Positions 37,296-47,598 of a stretch of DNA of 64,000 nt are shown piece after piece. A program made the translations under genes and the position numbers. The notes beneath the pieces were generated by a model. It did not search any database. It was not told the DNA's origin and saw only the letters and a list, made by a program, of their open reading frames with translations. Numbering within the stretch: position 1 is the stretch's first letter; each line of letters opens with the position of its first letter. The stretch comes from Bacteroidales bacterium (lineage in GTDB: Bacteria; Bacteroidota; Bacteroidia; Bacteroidales; UBA932): NCBI GenBank assembly GCA_041667245.1, contig JBAYFJ010000001.1:4489-68488 (forward strand). Reading direction: 5' to 3'.

Positions 37296-38220
37296 GCCTG
37301 ATTGACGCCGAAGTCCTTTCTGTCTCTTCCTGAGAGTACTTGACCACCATCGGAAGATACTTCTTCTCCAGTTTCACGTTCTTGTCATTTCTTGCGAGCA
37401 GAACGCAGTTACGGATAGCAGTCATATCGTCAGGATGCTTCTTCAGCACAGAGTTGTAGTACTTCAAGGCCTTCTTGTTATCTTTGGCTGCCACAAGATA
37501 ATAGGAGCCCATATTGTCAAGGAACAGAGGCTCGTCCGGATTATAGTCAAGCATTTTCTGAGACAATAGTTTGAAAGCCTCATAACCGGCAGGCACTCCC
37601 ATCTTGAAAAATGAGAAACAGTAGTCTTGAATGGACGCCTTGAAGAAATCGTTGTCCACTTTGAACTCAGGATAGTTCCAAACAGGGTTGTTTATGTAAT
37701 TATAGTCAATCAGCGACTTTAGCTCGGACATAGCCATATCCGGACTGTTCTTTTCGTAGGAGATGTAAGCAGACACCTTCAGGAAACGCAAATCCAGACG
37801 TAACGGATCTGCTTTCACAGCCCTGTCAATCTGAGAAGCCGCGATTCCGAAAAGGCTGTCGTCAAAGAAAGTTTCCTCGAAATAGTTGACATTGTTACCG
37901 AGAGAATCCTTCAGGCTCATAAGCGGAGCATTGCCCAGATACTTAGCCTCACTCCCCTTAGGCACCACTTTCACTGTTTGCGCCTTGAAATAATAATAGG
38001 AGAACCTCCCGACCATCATATTGACGTCCTCAGGATAGTCCGCATTCCATCTGTCAAGAAGCGTCTCGATGCCGACCCCGGAAGGGCCCAGATTTTTGAC
38101 CAGCAAGTTGTAACGATTCTGGTACTCCGACTCGGACGGCACTGATGACTGCGCTGATAAAGACAAGGGCAAAGCCACAAACGCAAATATGGCAGCAAGC
38201 AAATAGTAGTATTTCTTCAT
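37279..38220 (-). CDS. Exported tetratricopeptide-repeat protein
   Basis: Signal peptide ending SA|Q; TPR-like units (A....P.RLD.RF, LDYNPDEP.FLDN.G.YY, ALKYY..VLK.HP.D). Confidence 0.7.
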   Translation of the reverse strand: MKKYYYLLAAIFAFVALPLSLSAQSSVPSESEYQNRYNLLVKNLGPSGVGIETLLDRWNADYPEDVNMMVGRFSYYYFKAQTVKVVPKGSEAKYLGNAPLMSLKDSLGNNVNYFEETFFDDSLFGIAASQIDRAVKADPLRLDLRFLKVSAYISYEKNSPDMAMSELKSLIDYNYINNPVWNYPEFKVDNDFFKASIQDYCFSFFKMGVPAGYEAFKLLSQKMLDYNPDEPLFLDNMGSYYLVAAKDNKKALKYYNSVLKKHPDDMTAIRNCVLLARNDKNVKLEKKYLPMVVKYSQEETERTSASIRLKSLK

Positions 38221-38238
38221 AATTGATATAATTTCAGT

Positions 38239-39600
38239 TTATTGATTAATCTCCATTCTGATTCTTCTTTCCTGAGGCAAAAGGTTATTGCATCTCCTGC
38301 CGAGATTCTTGACAAAGCCTAATGGAAGCCCGTCATACACAAGCCTCACAAAGCCTTGAGGAGCCTCTTCAAGAGAAAACGAATCCCTGTGCAGGAACCT
38401 CAACGCCGTCTGCCTGTCCAACTCTACCGAAGGAAAAGCATCTATTGAGGCGATTATGGACAAGGCAAGATCAGCTGAAGGGACCAAAGTCTTTCCTTTC
38501 GCAGTGCCCACTTCCACACCCATTAGAATAGGATGCAGGAACTCAAGCTCAGCGGCATAACCCGCAATCACCTCCGGGACTGCAATCACCAAATCGCCTT
38601 TTCTTCTTTCTACGACAGGCTCTGTCACAAATCCTGACAAAAAATCGGACACTTTACCAGCACCGCGGCCGGAAGCGGATCTTAAATCCTCGCCGTTTTT
38701 CCTCACCACAGCGCAGTACTGTCCCTCGCCAGGGACGAAACCCGGAGCGAGAAGCCGGCCGCAAGAAGTCTTGATAACCCCGGAAACGGTACAGCTGTCA
38801 AAATCGGGAACGAACTCACCAATCACCTCTCCGCCAAGGTTCTCCGCACACCAGCAGACGTTCCCGTCATCCTCCCGTTCATTGAAAGTGCAAGTCGAAT
38901 AGACCAGATGCCCTCCCTCTGCAAGCGACGGCCAGACATCAGAGAGAATCCTCCGTTGCCTTGCCTCGCAAAGAGCCACGGTGTCCGGAGACCAGTCGGC
39001 AACAGCCTTGGGGTCTTTCCTGAACATACCCTCGCCTGAGCAGGGAACATCCGCTATGATAATATCGAAAAAACCCTCAAGTTTCGCAAACGCTTTCGGG
39101 TCCACGGAAGTCACAATCACATTGGGATCACCCCACAAAGCCACATTTCCAGCAAGCACCGTTGCCCTTTGCCTCATCACTTCATTAGCCACCAGCACAA
39201 AAGAGTCTCCACAAAACTTTCTCAACACAGCCGCTGCGTGAGTTGTCTTCCCGCCAGGAGCCGCGCACAAATCGAGGACAGTCACGAAACCTTTCTCAGA
39301 GGCCCGCAAGACTTTGGAAAAGATTTCTCCCACAAACATTGCGGAAGAATCCTGAACATAGTAGGCCCCGCAATGGAGAAGAGGATCAAGAGTGAAAGAT
39401 GGCCTCGATTTCAGCAAAAAACCTTCAGAGCACCATGGCACGTGAGCGGCTCCGTCAAGAATCTCGACAGGAAGCTCCGGCTTTTTTGAAGGATTCAGCC
39501 TCACCGAGACGGAGGAATCCGAAGCCAATGCAGAGACAATGACAGACGCTTTTTCCTTGCCTACCACCCCTTCAAGCCCATTCACGAAATTAGAGTCCAT
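38239..39600 (-). CDS. RsmF/RsmB/NOP2-family rRNA m5C methyltransferase
   Basis: G.YYVQDSS, DLCAAPGGKT, ANE, DVPCSGEGMFRK, YSTCT; RsmF-like C-terminus. Confidence 0.9.
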   Translation of the reverse strand: MDSNFVNGLEGVVGKEKASVIVSALASDSSVSVRLNPSKKPELPVEILDGAAHVPWCSEGFLLKSRPSFTLDPLLHCGAYYVQDSSAMFVGEIFSKVLRASEKGFVTVLDLCAAPGGKTTHAAAVLRKFCGDSFVLVANEVMRQRATVLAGNVALWGDPNVIVTSVDPKAFAKLEGFFDIIIADVPCSGEGMFRKDPKAVADWSPDTVALCEARQRRILSDVWPSLAEGGHLVYSTCTFNEREDDGNVCWCAENLGGEVIGEFVPDFDSCTVSGVIKTSCGRLLAPGFVPGEGQYCAVVRKNGEDLRSASGRGAGKVSDFLSGFVTEPVVERRKGDLVIAVPEVIAGYAAELEFLHPILMGVEVGTAKGKTLVPSADLALSIIASIDAFPSVELDRQTALRFLHRDSFSLEEAPQGFVRLVYDGLPLGFVKNLGRRCNNLLPQERRIRMEINQ

Positions 39601-39602
39601 TC

Positions 39603-40058
39603 TCAGAATTTGATATTCTTAAGCATCTCAGGATCAATTCCTTCCGGCATCTTTCCCTCAGACACACAGGCAAGAGCGTCAACCATTTTGTCAAGCGCAT
39701 CCTGAATCTTGGATCCGAGAACCATTTTCATCATCAAGTTGAGCTCGGCTGAAAAATCAATATGGAAATCAGTTTTCGTGGAGCCCTCGGCCCCATCGAA
39801 ATGCAAAGTCACGTTAAACGGAAACGGGCCACCGTTATCCACCATTCTGATGTTGGAATAAGGATTCCTCTCCGCCACCTTGACCCCAAGATTAAAACCC
39901 TGAACAGTCGCTGACAGAGAATCAAAATCAGCCGTCACCCCATCTTTTTTGTCCTCCGGAAGGAAATTTACAAAATTTCTCATATCCGTAAAAGCCATAT
40001 AGAGTTCCGACGGAGCGCGCGCCACCAAAGCATGTTTGCTTGTTATATCAGTTGCCAT
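39603..40058 (-). CDS. SRPBCC/START-fold small protein
   Basis: Y..F.D..NF, LN.MMKM pattern; directly downstream of pyrE. Confidence 0.6.
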   Translation of the reverse strand: MATDITSKHALVARAPSELYMAFTDMRNFVNFLPEDKKDGVTADFDSLSATVQGFNLGVKVAERNPYSNIRMVDNGGPFPFNVTLHFDGAEGSTKTDFHIDFSAELNLMMKMVLGSKIQDALDKMVDALACVSEGKMPEGIDPEMLKNIKF

Positions 40059-40066
40059 AAGCTATT

Positions 40067-40699
40067 TTATTGCTCCCAGGTCGAAGGGGAAATTCTCCAT
40101 TTGCAGAGGACGTCATAATCTGATTCCTTGATGTACCCGGTCTCTTTAGCCATCTCCACGAGAGCCTGATAATTCGAAATCGTTGTCAGTTCCACGCCTT
40201 CAGCCTCAAACCGGTCCCTCGCCTGCTCGAATCCGTAAGTAAAGATCGCCACCATTCCAAGCACGTTGGCTCCTGCCTTACGCAAAGCGTCCACAGCTGC
40301 GAGACTGCTTTTTCCGGTGGATATAAGATCCTCAACCACAACGACATCCGCACCGTTCTCCAACAGACCTTCTATCTGAGAGCCCGTGCCGTGATCCTTC
40401 GGTTTCGGACGGACGTAGACAAAAGGCTTGCTCAGTTTGTCCGCCACAAGAACTCCGTGAGCAATTGCGCCTGTGGCCACTCCCGCGATTACCTGGACAT
40501 TCTTGTACTTTCTGTCAATCACATCGGCTATGACGGCGCTCACTCTCGTCCTAAGATCCGGATAAGAGAGAATCTTCCTGTTGTCGCAGTAAATAGGCGA
40601 ATGCCAGCCGGAAGCCCAGACAAAAGGGTCATCCGGTCTTAATAGAACGGCTTTGATCCGCATAAGATCCGCAGCCAACTTTTTGTCCGTATTTTCCAT
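40067..40699 (-). CDS. pyrE: Orotate phosphoribosyltransferase
   Basis: F.WASG..SPIYCDNR, YVR...K.HG, VVEDLISTG.SS. Confidence 0.96.
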   Translation of the reverse strand: MENTDKKLAADLMRIKAVLLRPDDPFVWASGWHSPIYCDNRKILSYPDLRTRVSAVIADVIDRKYKNVQVIAGVATGAIAHGVLVADKLSKPFVYVRPKPKDHGTGSQIEGLLENGADVVVVEDLISTGKSSLAAVDALRKAGANVLGMVAIFTYGFEQARDRFEAEGVELTTISNYQALVEMAKETGYIKESDYDVLCKWRISPSTWEQ

Positions 40700-40775
40700 A
40701 CTCTATTCTTTAATTACGTTTTTAAGCATTAAATTTGCAGCTAAACTTACAAATATAGTAATTTCCAGCATTAAA

Positions 40776-41387
40776 ATGCACAAGATATATTTTGAAAAGC
40801 GTTGCATCGTGATATGCGGCCCTGATGATTTGGCCCTCGCTGATCCAAATTCCATCGAATTTCACCTCGGCAACAAGAAAGACATCCACACCCTCATCAG
40901 TATGGTGGAAGCCTCCGACACGCTTGCAAGGGTCTACATCCCGACCGAAGACACAGAAAGGACCTACCGTGACATCTGTTCGGAGTTCAAAGAGGTGAAC
41001 GCCGCCGGAGGACTCGTATCAAACAAACGCGGGGACTATCTTCTGATAGACAGAAACAATATGTGGGATCTGCCCAAAGGGCATCAGGAAGCCGGCGAGG
41101 ACATCAAAGTCACCGCAATGAGGGAGGTTATGGAAGAAACGGGGGTTAACCAACTGGAACTTAGAGGTTTGATATGCGTGACCGACCACTGTTACAAAAG
41201 GGACGGCATCTGGCATCTGAAACACACCTGGTGGTTCGATATGCTTTATAATGATCCGACTAATCTGACGCCTCAGAAAGAGGAGGACATAACCAAAGCG
41301 GCGTGGGTGGCCAAATCAAGCCTTCCGCCGTATCTCAAAAAGACTTTTCCCTCGATAATCGAAGTTTTCAGAGAAGCAAAGGTATAA
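40776..41387 (+). CDS. NUDIX hydrolase
   Basis: AAGG.V, WDLPKGHQE.GE.....A.REV.EETG Nudix box, PQ.EE.I. ATG 40776; the upstream extension overlaps pyrE. Confidence 0.9.
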   Translation: MHKIYFEKRCIVICGPDDLALADPNSIEFHLGNKKDIHTLISMVEASDTLARVYIPTEDTERTYRDICSEFKEVNAAGGLVSNKRGDYLLIDRNNMWDLPKGHQEAGEDIKVTAMREVMEETGVNQLELRGLICVTDHCYKRDGIWHLKHTWWFDMLYNDPTNLTPQKEEDITKAAWVAKSSLPPYLKKTFPSIIEVFREAKV

Positions 41388-41457
41388 AAGCACTAAAAAT
41401 GAAACTTTTGACTGAGTTTCATCGTATAGTATATATGCACAAAAGATTATTTGATAT

Positions 41458-42507
41458 ATGAAACTTTCACAATTTCAATTTCTCCTTCCTAAAAGCAAAC
41501 TTGCGCAAGAGCCGTCAAGATGGCGCGACGACTGCAAACTGCTTGTGCTCCACAAAGACACAGGAGAGATAGAGCATAGAATTTTCAAAGACATAATAGA
41601 TTATTTCTCGGACGGGGATATGTTCGTTCTCAACGACACGAAAGTGTTCCCTGCGAGACTATACGGCAAGAAAGAAAAAACCGGAGCGGACATAATGGTG
41701 TTCCTCTTAAGAGAGCTAAACAAAGAGCAGAGACTTTGGGATGTCGTGGTCGATCCCGCAAGGAAGATCAGAATTGGCAACAAGCTCTACTTCGGAGATG
41801 ACGAAAGTCTCGTGGCCGAAGTCATCGACAACACAACCTCCAGAGGAAGGACATTGCGATTCCTCTATGACGGTCCGTACAATGAGTTCAAACAGACCCT
41901 TTTCAGTCTCGGGCAGACACCTGTTCCGAGATTTGTGAAGGCTCACATCACACCTGAGGACAAAGACAACTATCAGACTATCTTCGCCGAACACGAAGGT
42001 GCGGTCGCTGCCCCTGGAGCTGGTCTTCATTTCAGCAGAGAACTATTCAACAGGATGATTCTCAAAAACATAGAAAAGACGTTCATCACTGTTCACATGG
42101 GGATAGGACATTTCAGAAAAGTCGATGTGGAGGACTTGTCAAAGCATAGAATGGATTCCGAAAAAATGATCATCACTCAAGAAGCGGCTGACAGAATCAA
42201 TGTGGCAAAGAAAGCCGGGCACAAGATTGTGGCCGTCGGAGTCACCGTCATCAGAGGCCTTGAGACCTACGTCACCACCAATCACGAAGTGAAGGCTTAC
42301 GACGGATGGACCAACAAGTTCATCGCACCTCCTTACGAGTTCTCGATTCCGGATGCGATAGTGTCCAATTTTCATATGCCTGAGTCCACAATGCTAATGT
42401 CGGTCGCGGCCTTCGGAGGGTACAAGAATGTGATGAACGCCTACAAAGTGGCCCTTGAGATGGACTACAGATTCGGCCCTTACGGCGATGCGATGCTCAT
42501 CGTTTAG
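41458..42507 (+). CDS. queA: S-adenosylmethionine:tRNA ribosyltransferase-isomerase
   Basis: NDTKVFPARL.G, YQTIFA...GAVAAP.AGLHF, NFH.P.ST, YRF..YGDAMLI. Confidence 0.93.
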   Translation: MKLSQFQFLLPKSKLAQEPSRWRDDCKLLVLHKDTGEIEHRIFKDIIDYFSDGDMFVLNDTKVFPARLYGKKEKTGADIMVFLLRELNKEQRLWDVVVDPARKIRIGNKLYFGDDESLVAEVIDNTTSRGRTLRFLYDGPYNEFKQTLFSLGQTPVPRFVKAHITPEDKDNYQTIFAEHEGAVAAPGAGLHFSRELFNRMILKNIEKTFITVHMGIGHFRKVDVEDLSKHRMDSEKMIITQEAADRINVAKKAGHKIVAVGVTVIRGLETYVTTNHEVKAYDGWTNKFIAPPYEFSIPDAIVSNFHMPESTMLMSVAAFGGYKNVMNAYKVALEMDYRFGPYGDAMLIV

Positions 42508-42554
42508 CCTTTCTCACATAAGAAACGTCAATTTACATAAAAAACAGATAAATC

Positions 42555-42588
42555 AAGCCTCTTCTCTCTCGTGAGAAGAGGCTTTTTT
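42555..42588 (+). terminator. Intrinsic terminator after queA
   Basis: AAGCCTCTTCTC-loop-GAGAAGAGGCTT followed by TTTT. Confidence 0.85.
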
Positions 42589-42621
42589 CGCACTCTCTGA
42601 CTAACTTAGCGAAAAAAAGCG

Positions 42622-43776
42622 ATGTGGGAAGAGTACAGTGAGAGAGAGTGCGTCTGCGCGCTGAACAGAATCTTCGGATTCAAGCCGGGAAAAGCGATTG
42701 CGCTAATCAAGGCTCTCGGTTCCGCAAAAGCCGTGTTCAAAGCGGATAAGAACGGGATAGACAGAGTGGTCGGGCCATTTTGCAGAGAAGCAGCTCTAAT
42801 CAGACGAGATGAACTCGAAAAAACCAGAAAAGAACTCGACGGGTATGACAAAAAGGAATATCATTTCGTCACTTTTGAGGATGATTGCTACCCCTCTCTT
42901 CTGAGAGAATGCGAAGATCATCCGGTGGGCTTGTACGTGAGATCGAAGACCCCCGTGTCAGAGATTTTCAACCAAAAAAAGTCTATAGCAATCGTTGGGA
43001 CGAGGGACATTTCCCCTTACGGAATGGAATGGTGCCGGAAGATTGTGGGAATGATCTCCAAATCTTCTGAAAAGCCTCTGATAGTTAGCGGATTAGCCTT
43101 AGGAACCGATATCACGGCCCAGGAATGCGCGCTTAAATGCGGTCTCCCTACGGTGTCCGTAATGGCGACCGGAATAGATGACGTCTATCCTTACAGGCAC
43201 ACCGGTTTCGCACTCAAGACCGTCGGCAAAACCGGATGCGCCCTCGTCACCGACTACCCAACCGCCACCTCGCCCGCCGCTTTCAATTTCTTAAGAAGAA
43301 ACAGAATAATCGCCGGAATGTGTGCCGCCACGATACTTGTCGAATCCAAAATCAGAGGCGGAGGGATGATGACGGCCAATCTTGCCTTCAACTACGGAAG
43401 AGACGTTTTCACGCTTCCCGGAAGAGTGGACGATCCCAGATCGCAAGGCTGCAATTTGTTGATCAGAAGACAAGTGGCCTCTCCGATAACAGATTTGGAA
43501 TCACTTTCGGAGTCCCTGGGTCTATCCGGAAACGGAGCTATGGAATCCGAGAGTCTTGAAGAAGCCGTGAGACGGAAATACTCCGTCGACCCTCTTCGAG
43601 AAGACATCCTGGAGATTACCACGGCAATCAGCACGCACAAAGCCTGCACTTTGGACGAACTGTGCGAAATGACGGGAAAACCTTATCAGAGAATAGCGGA
43701 AATTACCAATATATTGGAATGCGACGGTTTCATCAGGATAGACTTAATGCAGAGATGTTGCGTTATTAAAACATAA
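42622..43776 (+). CDS. dprA: DNA-processing protein DprA
   Basis: YP..L.EC.D.P, IAIVGTR, IVSGLA.G.D, F.RRNRIIAG, VES...GG...TA, GCN.LI; C-terminal wHTH. Confidence 0.93.
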   Translation: MWEEYSERECVCALNRIFGFKPGKAIALIKALGSAKAVFKADKNGIDRVVGPFCREAALIRRDELEKTRKELDGYDKKEYHFVTFEDDCYPSLLRECEDHPVGLYVRSKTPVSEIFNQKKSIAIVGTRDISPYGMEWCRKIVGMISKSSEKPLIVSGLALGTDITAQECALKCGLPTVSVMATGIDDVYPYRHTGFALKTVGKTGCALVTDYPTATSPAAFNFLRRNRIIAGMCAATILVESKIRGGGMMTANLAFNYGRDVFTLPGRVDDPRSQGCNLLIRRQVASPITDLESLSESLGLSGNGAMESESLEEAVRRKYSVDPLREDILEITTAISTHKACTLDELCEMTGKPYQRIAEITNILECDGFIRIDLMQRCCVIKT

Positions 43777-43793
43777 ATGCGTAAATTTGTGGA

Positions 43794-44561
43794 ATGATTT
43801 TCATAGACACGCACACTCACAATTCCGACGAGGCATTTGCCGGCGAAGAAGATGCTGTGATTTCCGGAGCAGTCAAGGCGGGGGTCACCAAACTTCTCCA
43901 GCCGGACATCGACAGTTCGGAACGAGATCGGATGTTTTCTCTCGTGGGAAGGCATCCCGGCGTACTTTTCCCGATGCTCGGACTGTACCCCGGATCCGTT
44001 ACGGAATCGTGGGAGGAGGAAATTGACAAGATGCTGCCCTACAAGGACAAAGGGATTGTGGCCATCGGGGAAATCGGATTGGATTTCCACTATTCCCGCG
44101 AGACTGAGGCCCTGCAGAGAGCGGCTTTCAAAGCCCAGCTTGAGCTTGCCGACAAATGGAATCTGCCGGTAAACATCCACGAGAGGGATTCTCTGGATGT
44201 CTTCTTCGATGTGCTCCAAGAATGCAGGCACCTGAACATAAGAGGGAATATGCACGCATTCAGCGGCAGCATCGAGACTTTTCTCAGGCTTCAGAAATTC
44301 GGAGAATGGTACGTAGGAATCGGCGGAGTCGTGACATTCAAGAATGCCGCGGTAGCCGAGAGCGTAAAGAAGATTCCGATGGAGAGGATTCTTCTCGAGA
44401 CTGATTCGCCATATCTCTCCCCCACGCCGCTGAGAGGCACAAGAAACGACAGCAGCCGCATTCCTCTGATTGCGGCCAAAGTAGCCGAACTTAAAGGCAT
44501 CAGCCTTGAGGAAGTGGCGGAAAAGACAACTGAAAACGCAGAAAAATTATTCGGAATATGA
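43794..44561 (+). CDS. tatD: TatD-family nuclease
   Basis: IDTHTH, AIGEIGLD, IH.R, HAFSG, LETDSPYL.P.P.RG.RN. Confidence 0.93.
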   Translation: MIFIDTHTHNSDEAFAGEEDAVISGAVKAGVTKLLQPDIDSSERDRMFSLVGRHPGVLFPMLGLYPGSVTESWEEEIDKMLPYKDKGIVAIGEIGLDFHYSRETEALQRAAFKAQLELADKWNLPVNIHERDSLDVFFDVLQECRHLNIRGNMHAFSGSIETFLRLQKFGEWYVGIGGVVTFKNAAVAESVKKIPMERILLETDSPYLSPTPLRGTRNDSSRIPLIAAKVAELKGISLEEVAEKTTENAEKLFGI

Positions 44562-45616
44562 TAGCTGAATCACAAAAAAGGCAAGACCGTTCATCTCTGC
44601 TGATGATTTACACGGGAGGCACAATCGGTATGAAGCAAGATCCGGACGATCTTACCTTGAAGCCGTTCAATTTCGACCAGATCATAAGCGAGGTCCCGGA
44701 ACTCGGGAAATTCGCATTCAAAATCGACTCCTACACGTTCGACCCCCTGATTGACTCCTCCGACGTGGAGCCGGCCCTTTGGAAATCCATCGCTCAACTC
44801 ATATATGACAAATACGAAGACTATGACGGCTTCGTGATTCTGCACGGCACCGACACTATGGCCTATTCCGCCTCAGCGCTGAGTTTTATGTTCAGCAATC
44901 TCGGCAAGCCGGTCATCTTCACGGGAAGCCAGCTTCCAATCGGTGTTCCGAGGACTGACGGCAAGGAGAATCTCATCTCTTCCGTGGAGATCGCCTCCGC
45001 AAAAGACGCAAAAGGCAACGCGCTGGTGCCGGAAGTCTGCATCTACTTCAACTCGCTTCTGATAAGGGGCAACAGAAGCACCAAAATCAATTCGGAGAAC
45101 TTCAACGCATTCATCTCGGCAAACCTTCCTCCCCTCGCCGAAGCGGGAATCAACATACGTTACGACAAATCACTGATCAGATACCCACTGTCAACTGACA
45201 GCAGGCCGGAGATTTTCACAGATCTTGACACAAGAGTCTCCATTCTGAAGATTCACCCAGGGATCACCCCGCAAGTCGTACGGAACATTTTGTGCGGCTC
45301 CGAGACAAGGGCGGTCATCATAGAAACTTACGGCTCCGGCAACGCTCCTTCGAAGCCTTGGTTTCTGGACATTGTCAAAGAGGCCGGCAAGACGGGCAAG
45401 ATTATGCTGAACGTCACTCAATGCATCAACGGCTCAGTCAATATGAATCTTTATGCGACCGGAAAGACTCTGGAAAAAGCCGGCGTCGTCTCGGGACACG
45501 ACAGCACGACTGAAAGCGCGCTTGGGAAACTGTACTATCTGCTCGGAAAATCGACAGACAACAAATGGATTAAAAAGATGCTGGATTGCAATCTTAGGGG
45601 AGAAATCTCAGAATAA
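44558..45616 (+). CDS. ansA: Type I (cytoplasmic) L-asparaginase
   Basis: IYTGGTIGM, IDSS, HGTDTMAY.AS, TGSQLP, ETYGSGN, TQC. Confidence 0.93.
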   Translation: MIAESQKRQDRSSLLMIYTGGTIGMKQDPDDLTLKPFNFDQIISEVPELGKFAFKIDSYTFDPLIDSSDVEPALWKSIAQLIYDKYEDYDGFVILHGTDTMAYSASALSFMFSNLGKPVIFTGSQLPIGVPRTDGKENLISSVEIASAKDAKGNALVPEVCIYFNSLLIRGNRSTKINSENFNAFISANLPPLAEAGINIRYDKSLIRYPLSTDSRPEIFTDLDTRVSILKIHPGITPQVVRNILCGSETRAVIIETYGSGNAPSKPWFLDIVKEAGKTGKIMLNVTQCINGSVNMNLYATGKTLEKAGVVSGHDSTTESALGKLYYLLGKSTDNKWIKKMLDCNLRGEISE

Positions 45617-45737
45617 TTCTTGTCGAATGAAAAATAATTGCTAAATTGCGAACAATTATGATAGAAAAGATAACCATCTTGAAAAACATAATAGAAACTA
45701 TCAAATACATTTATTAATTAAACACACAAAAACAATT

Positions 45738-46544
45738 ATGAAAAAAATTTTCATGTTTTTGGCAGTGATTGGTCTTATGACCTTATCTGCAAACATTGCC
45801 TCAGCTCAGGAAGATGCCGCATCAGAAACACCTGCGGCAACAGAGCAAGTCGCACCGGCCAATGATTTGGCAGCTCTTACTGCCTCAGCGGAAGAAGTTC
45901 CTCTAAATCAGGCTATCAAGACAAAGTTCATCGAAGGTGGTCCTGGGTTTATGTCCTGCATTATCCTCTGTCTCATCATCGGTCTTGCATTGGCTATCGA
46001 GAGAATTCTCTACTTGCTCAACGCCAAGGTCAACACCAAGAAGCTCCTTACCAAAATCGAGGCTGCTCTTGACGAAGAGGACGGAATCGAGAAAGCTAAG
46101 GAAATCTGCCGCAACACCCGCGGTCCTGTAGCAAGCATTTTCTATCAGGGTCTGCTCCGCGCTGATCAGGGAATCGATGTTGTCGAGAAGACAATCGTTT
46201 CTTACGGTTCAGTTCAGATGAGCCTTATGGAGAACGGACTTTCTTGGATTTCATTGTTCATCGCCCTTGCACCTTCTCTGGGATTCCTCGGAACAGTCAT
46301 CGGTATGATCCAGGCATTCGACGCAATTCAGGCAGCAGGTGACATCTCCCCTAACATTGTCGCAGGAGGTATGAAGGTCGCATTGATCACCACCGTCGCA
46401 GGTTTGATTGTCGCTATGATTCTTCAGTTGTTCTACAACTACATTCTTTCAAGAATCGATGCCAACTCCGTGGATATGGAGGACTCATCAATCTCTTTGA
46501 TTGACATTCTTACAAAAAGACAGGCTAAATTAGCTTCTAAATAA
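45738..46544 (+). CDS. exbB: MotA/TolQ/ExbB proton channel protein
   Basis: EGG..M, ER, AP.LGFLGTV.GMI.AF, VAGG..VALITT..GL; signal peptide SA|Q. Confidence 0.92.
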   Translation: MKKIFMFLAVIGLMTLSANIASAQEDAASETPAATEQVAPANDLAALTASAEEVPLNQAIKTKFIEGGPGFMSCIILCLIIGLALAIERILYLLNAKVNTKKLLTKIEAALDEEDGIEKAKEICRNTRGPVASIFYQGLLRADQGIDVVEKTIVSYGSVQMSLMENGLSWISLFIALAPSLGFLGTVIGMIQAFDAIQAAGDISPNIVAGGMKVALITTVAGLIVAMILQLFYNYILSRIDANSVDMEDSSISLIDILTKRQAKLASK

Positions 46545-46561
46545 TTAAAGGCATACGCAAT

Positions 46562-46996
46562 ATGCAAAAGAACAAAATATTCAAATGGATCATGTGGGCC
46601 TTGATCATTATAAGTGTGATCATTGTCGTGTGGGGCTTCGCAGCAGGCTTCACAGCCGGCAATTACGCACCTGTAAGTTCATTGCTCAACTGGGCGTATG
46701 TTATGATAGCAGCCACGATTCTCATAGTAGTGATCGGCGGCCTCGGTATCGCTGCGGCCAACAATCCTAAATCCCTAATCAAATTCGGGATCGGGATAGT
46801 TGTAGTTGCGGTGATTTGCGCCATAGCGTATGCAACTGCATCCGGAAGCCCTGCTGTCGGCTATGTCGGCAACCAGCCTTCCCACGCAGCTCTTAAACTC
46901 ACTGACACGATTTTAAATCTTACTTACCTCATCGGCGCGCTTGCGATTATCGGTATCGCAGCCGGCGAGATAGTCACAGCTGTACGTAATAAATAA
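46562..46996 (+). CDS. Small 4-TM hypothetical membrane protein inside the exbB-exbD operon
   Basis: Four hydrophobic segments, NPK motif; between exbB and exbD. Confidence 0.75.
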   Translation: MQKNKIFKWIMWALIIISVIIVVWGFAAGFTAGNYAPVSSLLNWAYVMIAATILIVVIGGLGIAAANNPKSLIKFGIGIVVVAVICAIAYATASGSPAVGYVGNQPSHAALKLTDTILNLTYLIGALAIIGIAAGEIVTAVRNK

Positions 46997-47008
46997 TCAA
47001 TTAAATCT

Positions 47009-47584
47009 ATGGCAAGGAAAACACCTGCACTAAACACTAGTTCAACGGCTGACATTGCGTTCTTGCTGCTTTGCTACTTCCTTATGACTACCACAATGGA
47101 TTCGCAGGCAGGTTTGCAACGTCGTCTTCCTCCGATGCCTGATAAAAATCAGAAAGCTCAGGATCAGAAAGTTAATCGTCGTAATATCATTATTGTGAAG
47201 ATTAACGCAGCCGACAGACTATATGCCGGAAACGAAGCCTTAGACGTCAGCCTTCTTAAAGATAAAATTAAGGAATTCCTAACTAATCCCGCAGACGACC
47301 CGTCACTTCCTGAAAAGACAATGACGAACATCGAGGGATTCGGTCAATACCCAGTTTCAAAGGGAGTCATCTCTCTGCAGAACGACCGTGGTACAAGTTA
47401 TCAGGCTTACATAACAGTTCAAAACGAGCTTATCAAAGCTATCAATGAACTGCGTGATAAGTTCTCTAATCAGAATTACGGTAAAAATTTCATTAATCTT
47501 ACTGAAGATCAGCAGGATATAGTGAAAAAGGCTATTCCTCAGAACATTTCGGAGGCTGAGCCTAAAGATGTAGCTAAAAAATAA
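47009..47584 (+). CDS. exbD: ExbD/TolR-family protein 1
   Basis: N..S.ADIAFLLL..FL.TT with conserved TM Asp; ISLQNDR.T.Y..YI.V.NE. Confidence 0.9.
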   Translation: MARKTPALNTSSTADIAFLLLCYFLMTTTMDSQAGLQRRLPPMPDKNQKAQDQKVNRRNIIIVKINAADRLYAGNEALDVSLLKDKIKEFLTNPADDPSLPEKTMTNIEGFGQYPVSKGVISLQNDRGTSYQAYITVQNELIKAINELRDKFSNQNYGKNFINLTEDQQDIVKKAIPQNISEAEPKDVAKK

Positions 47585-47598
47585 AGGAGAAAAAGATT

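Noticed and set aside
27411-42609. Shared TAnnTTAG -7 variant upstream of uvrD (27411-27418) and dprA (42602-42609) as a DNA-repair regulon signal
   Set aside because: A one-base variant seen twice is too weak, and recA has the canonical element.
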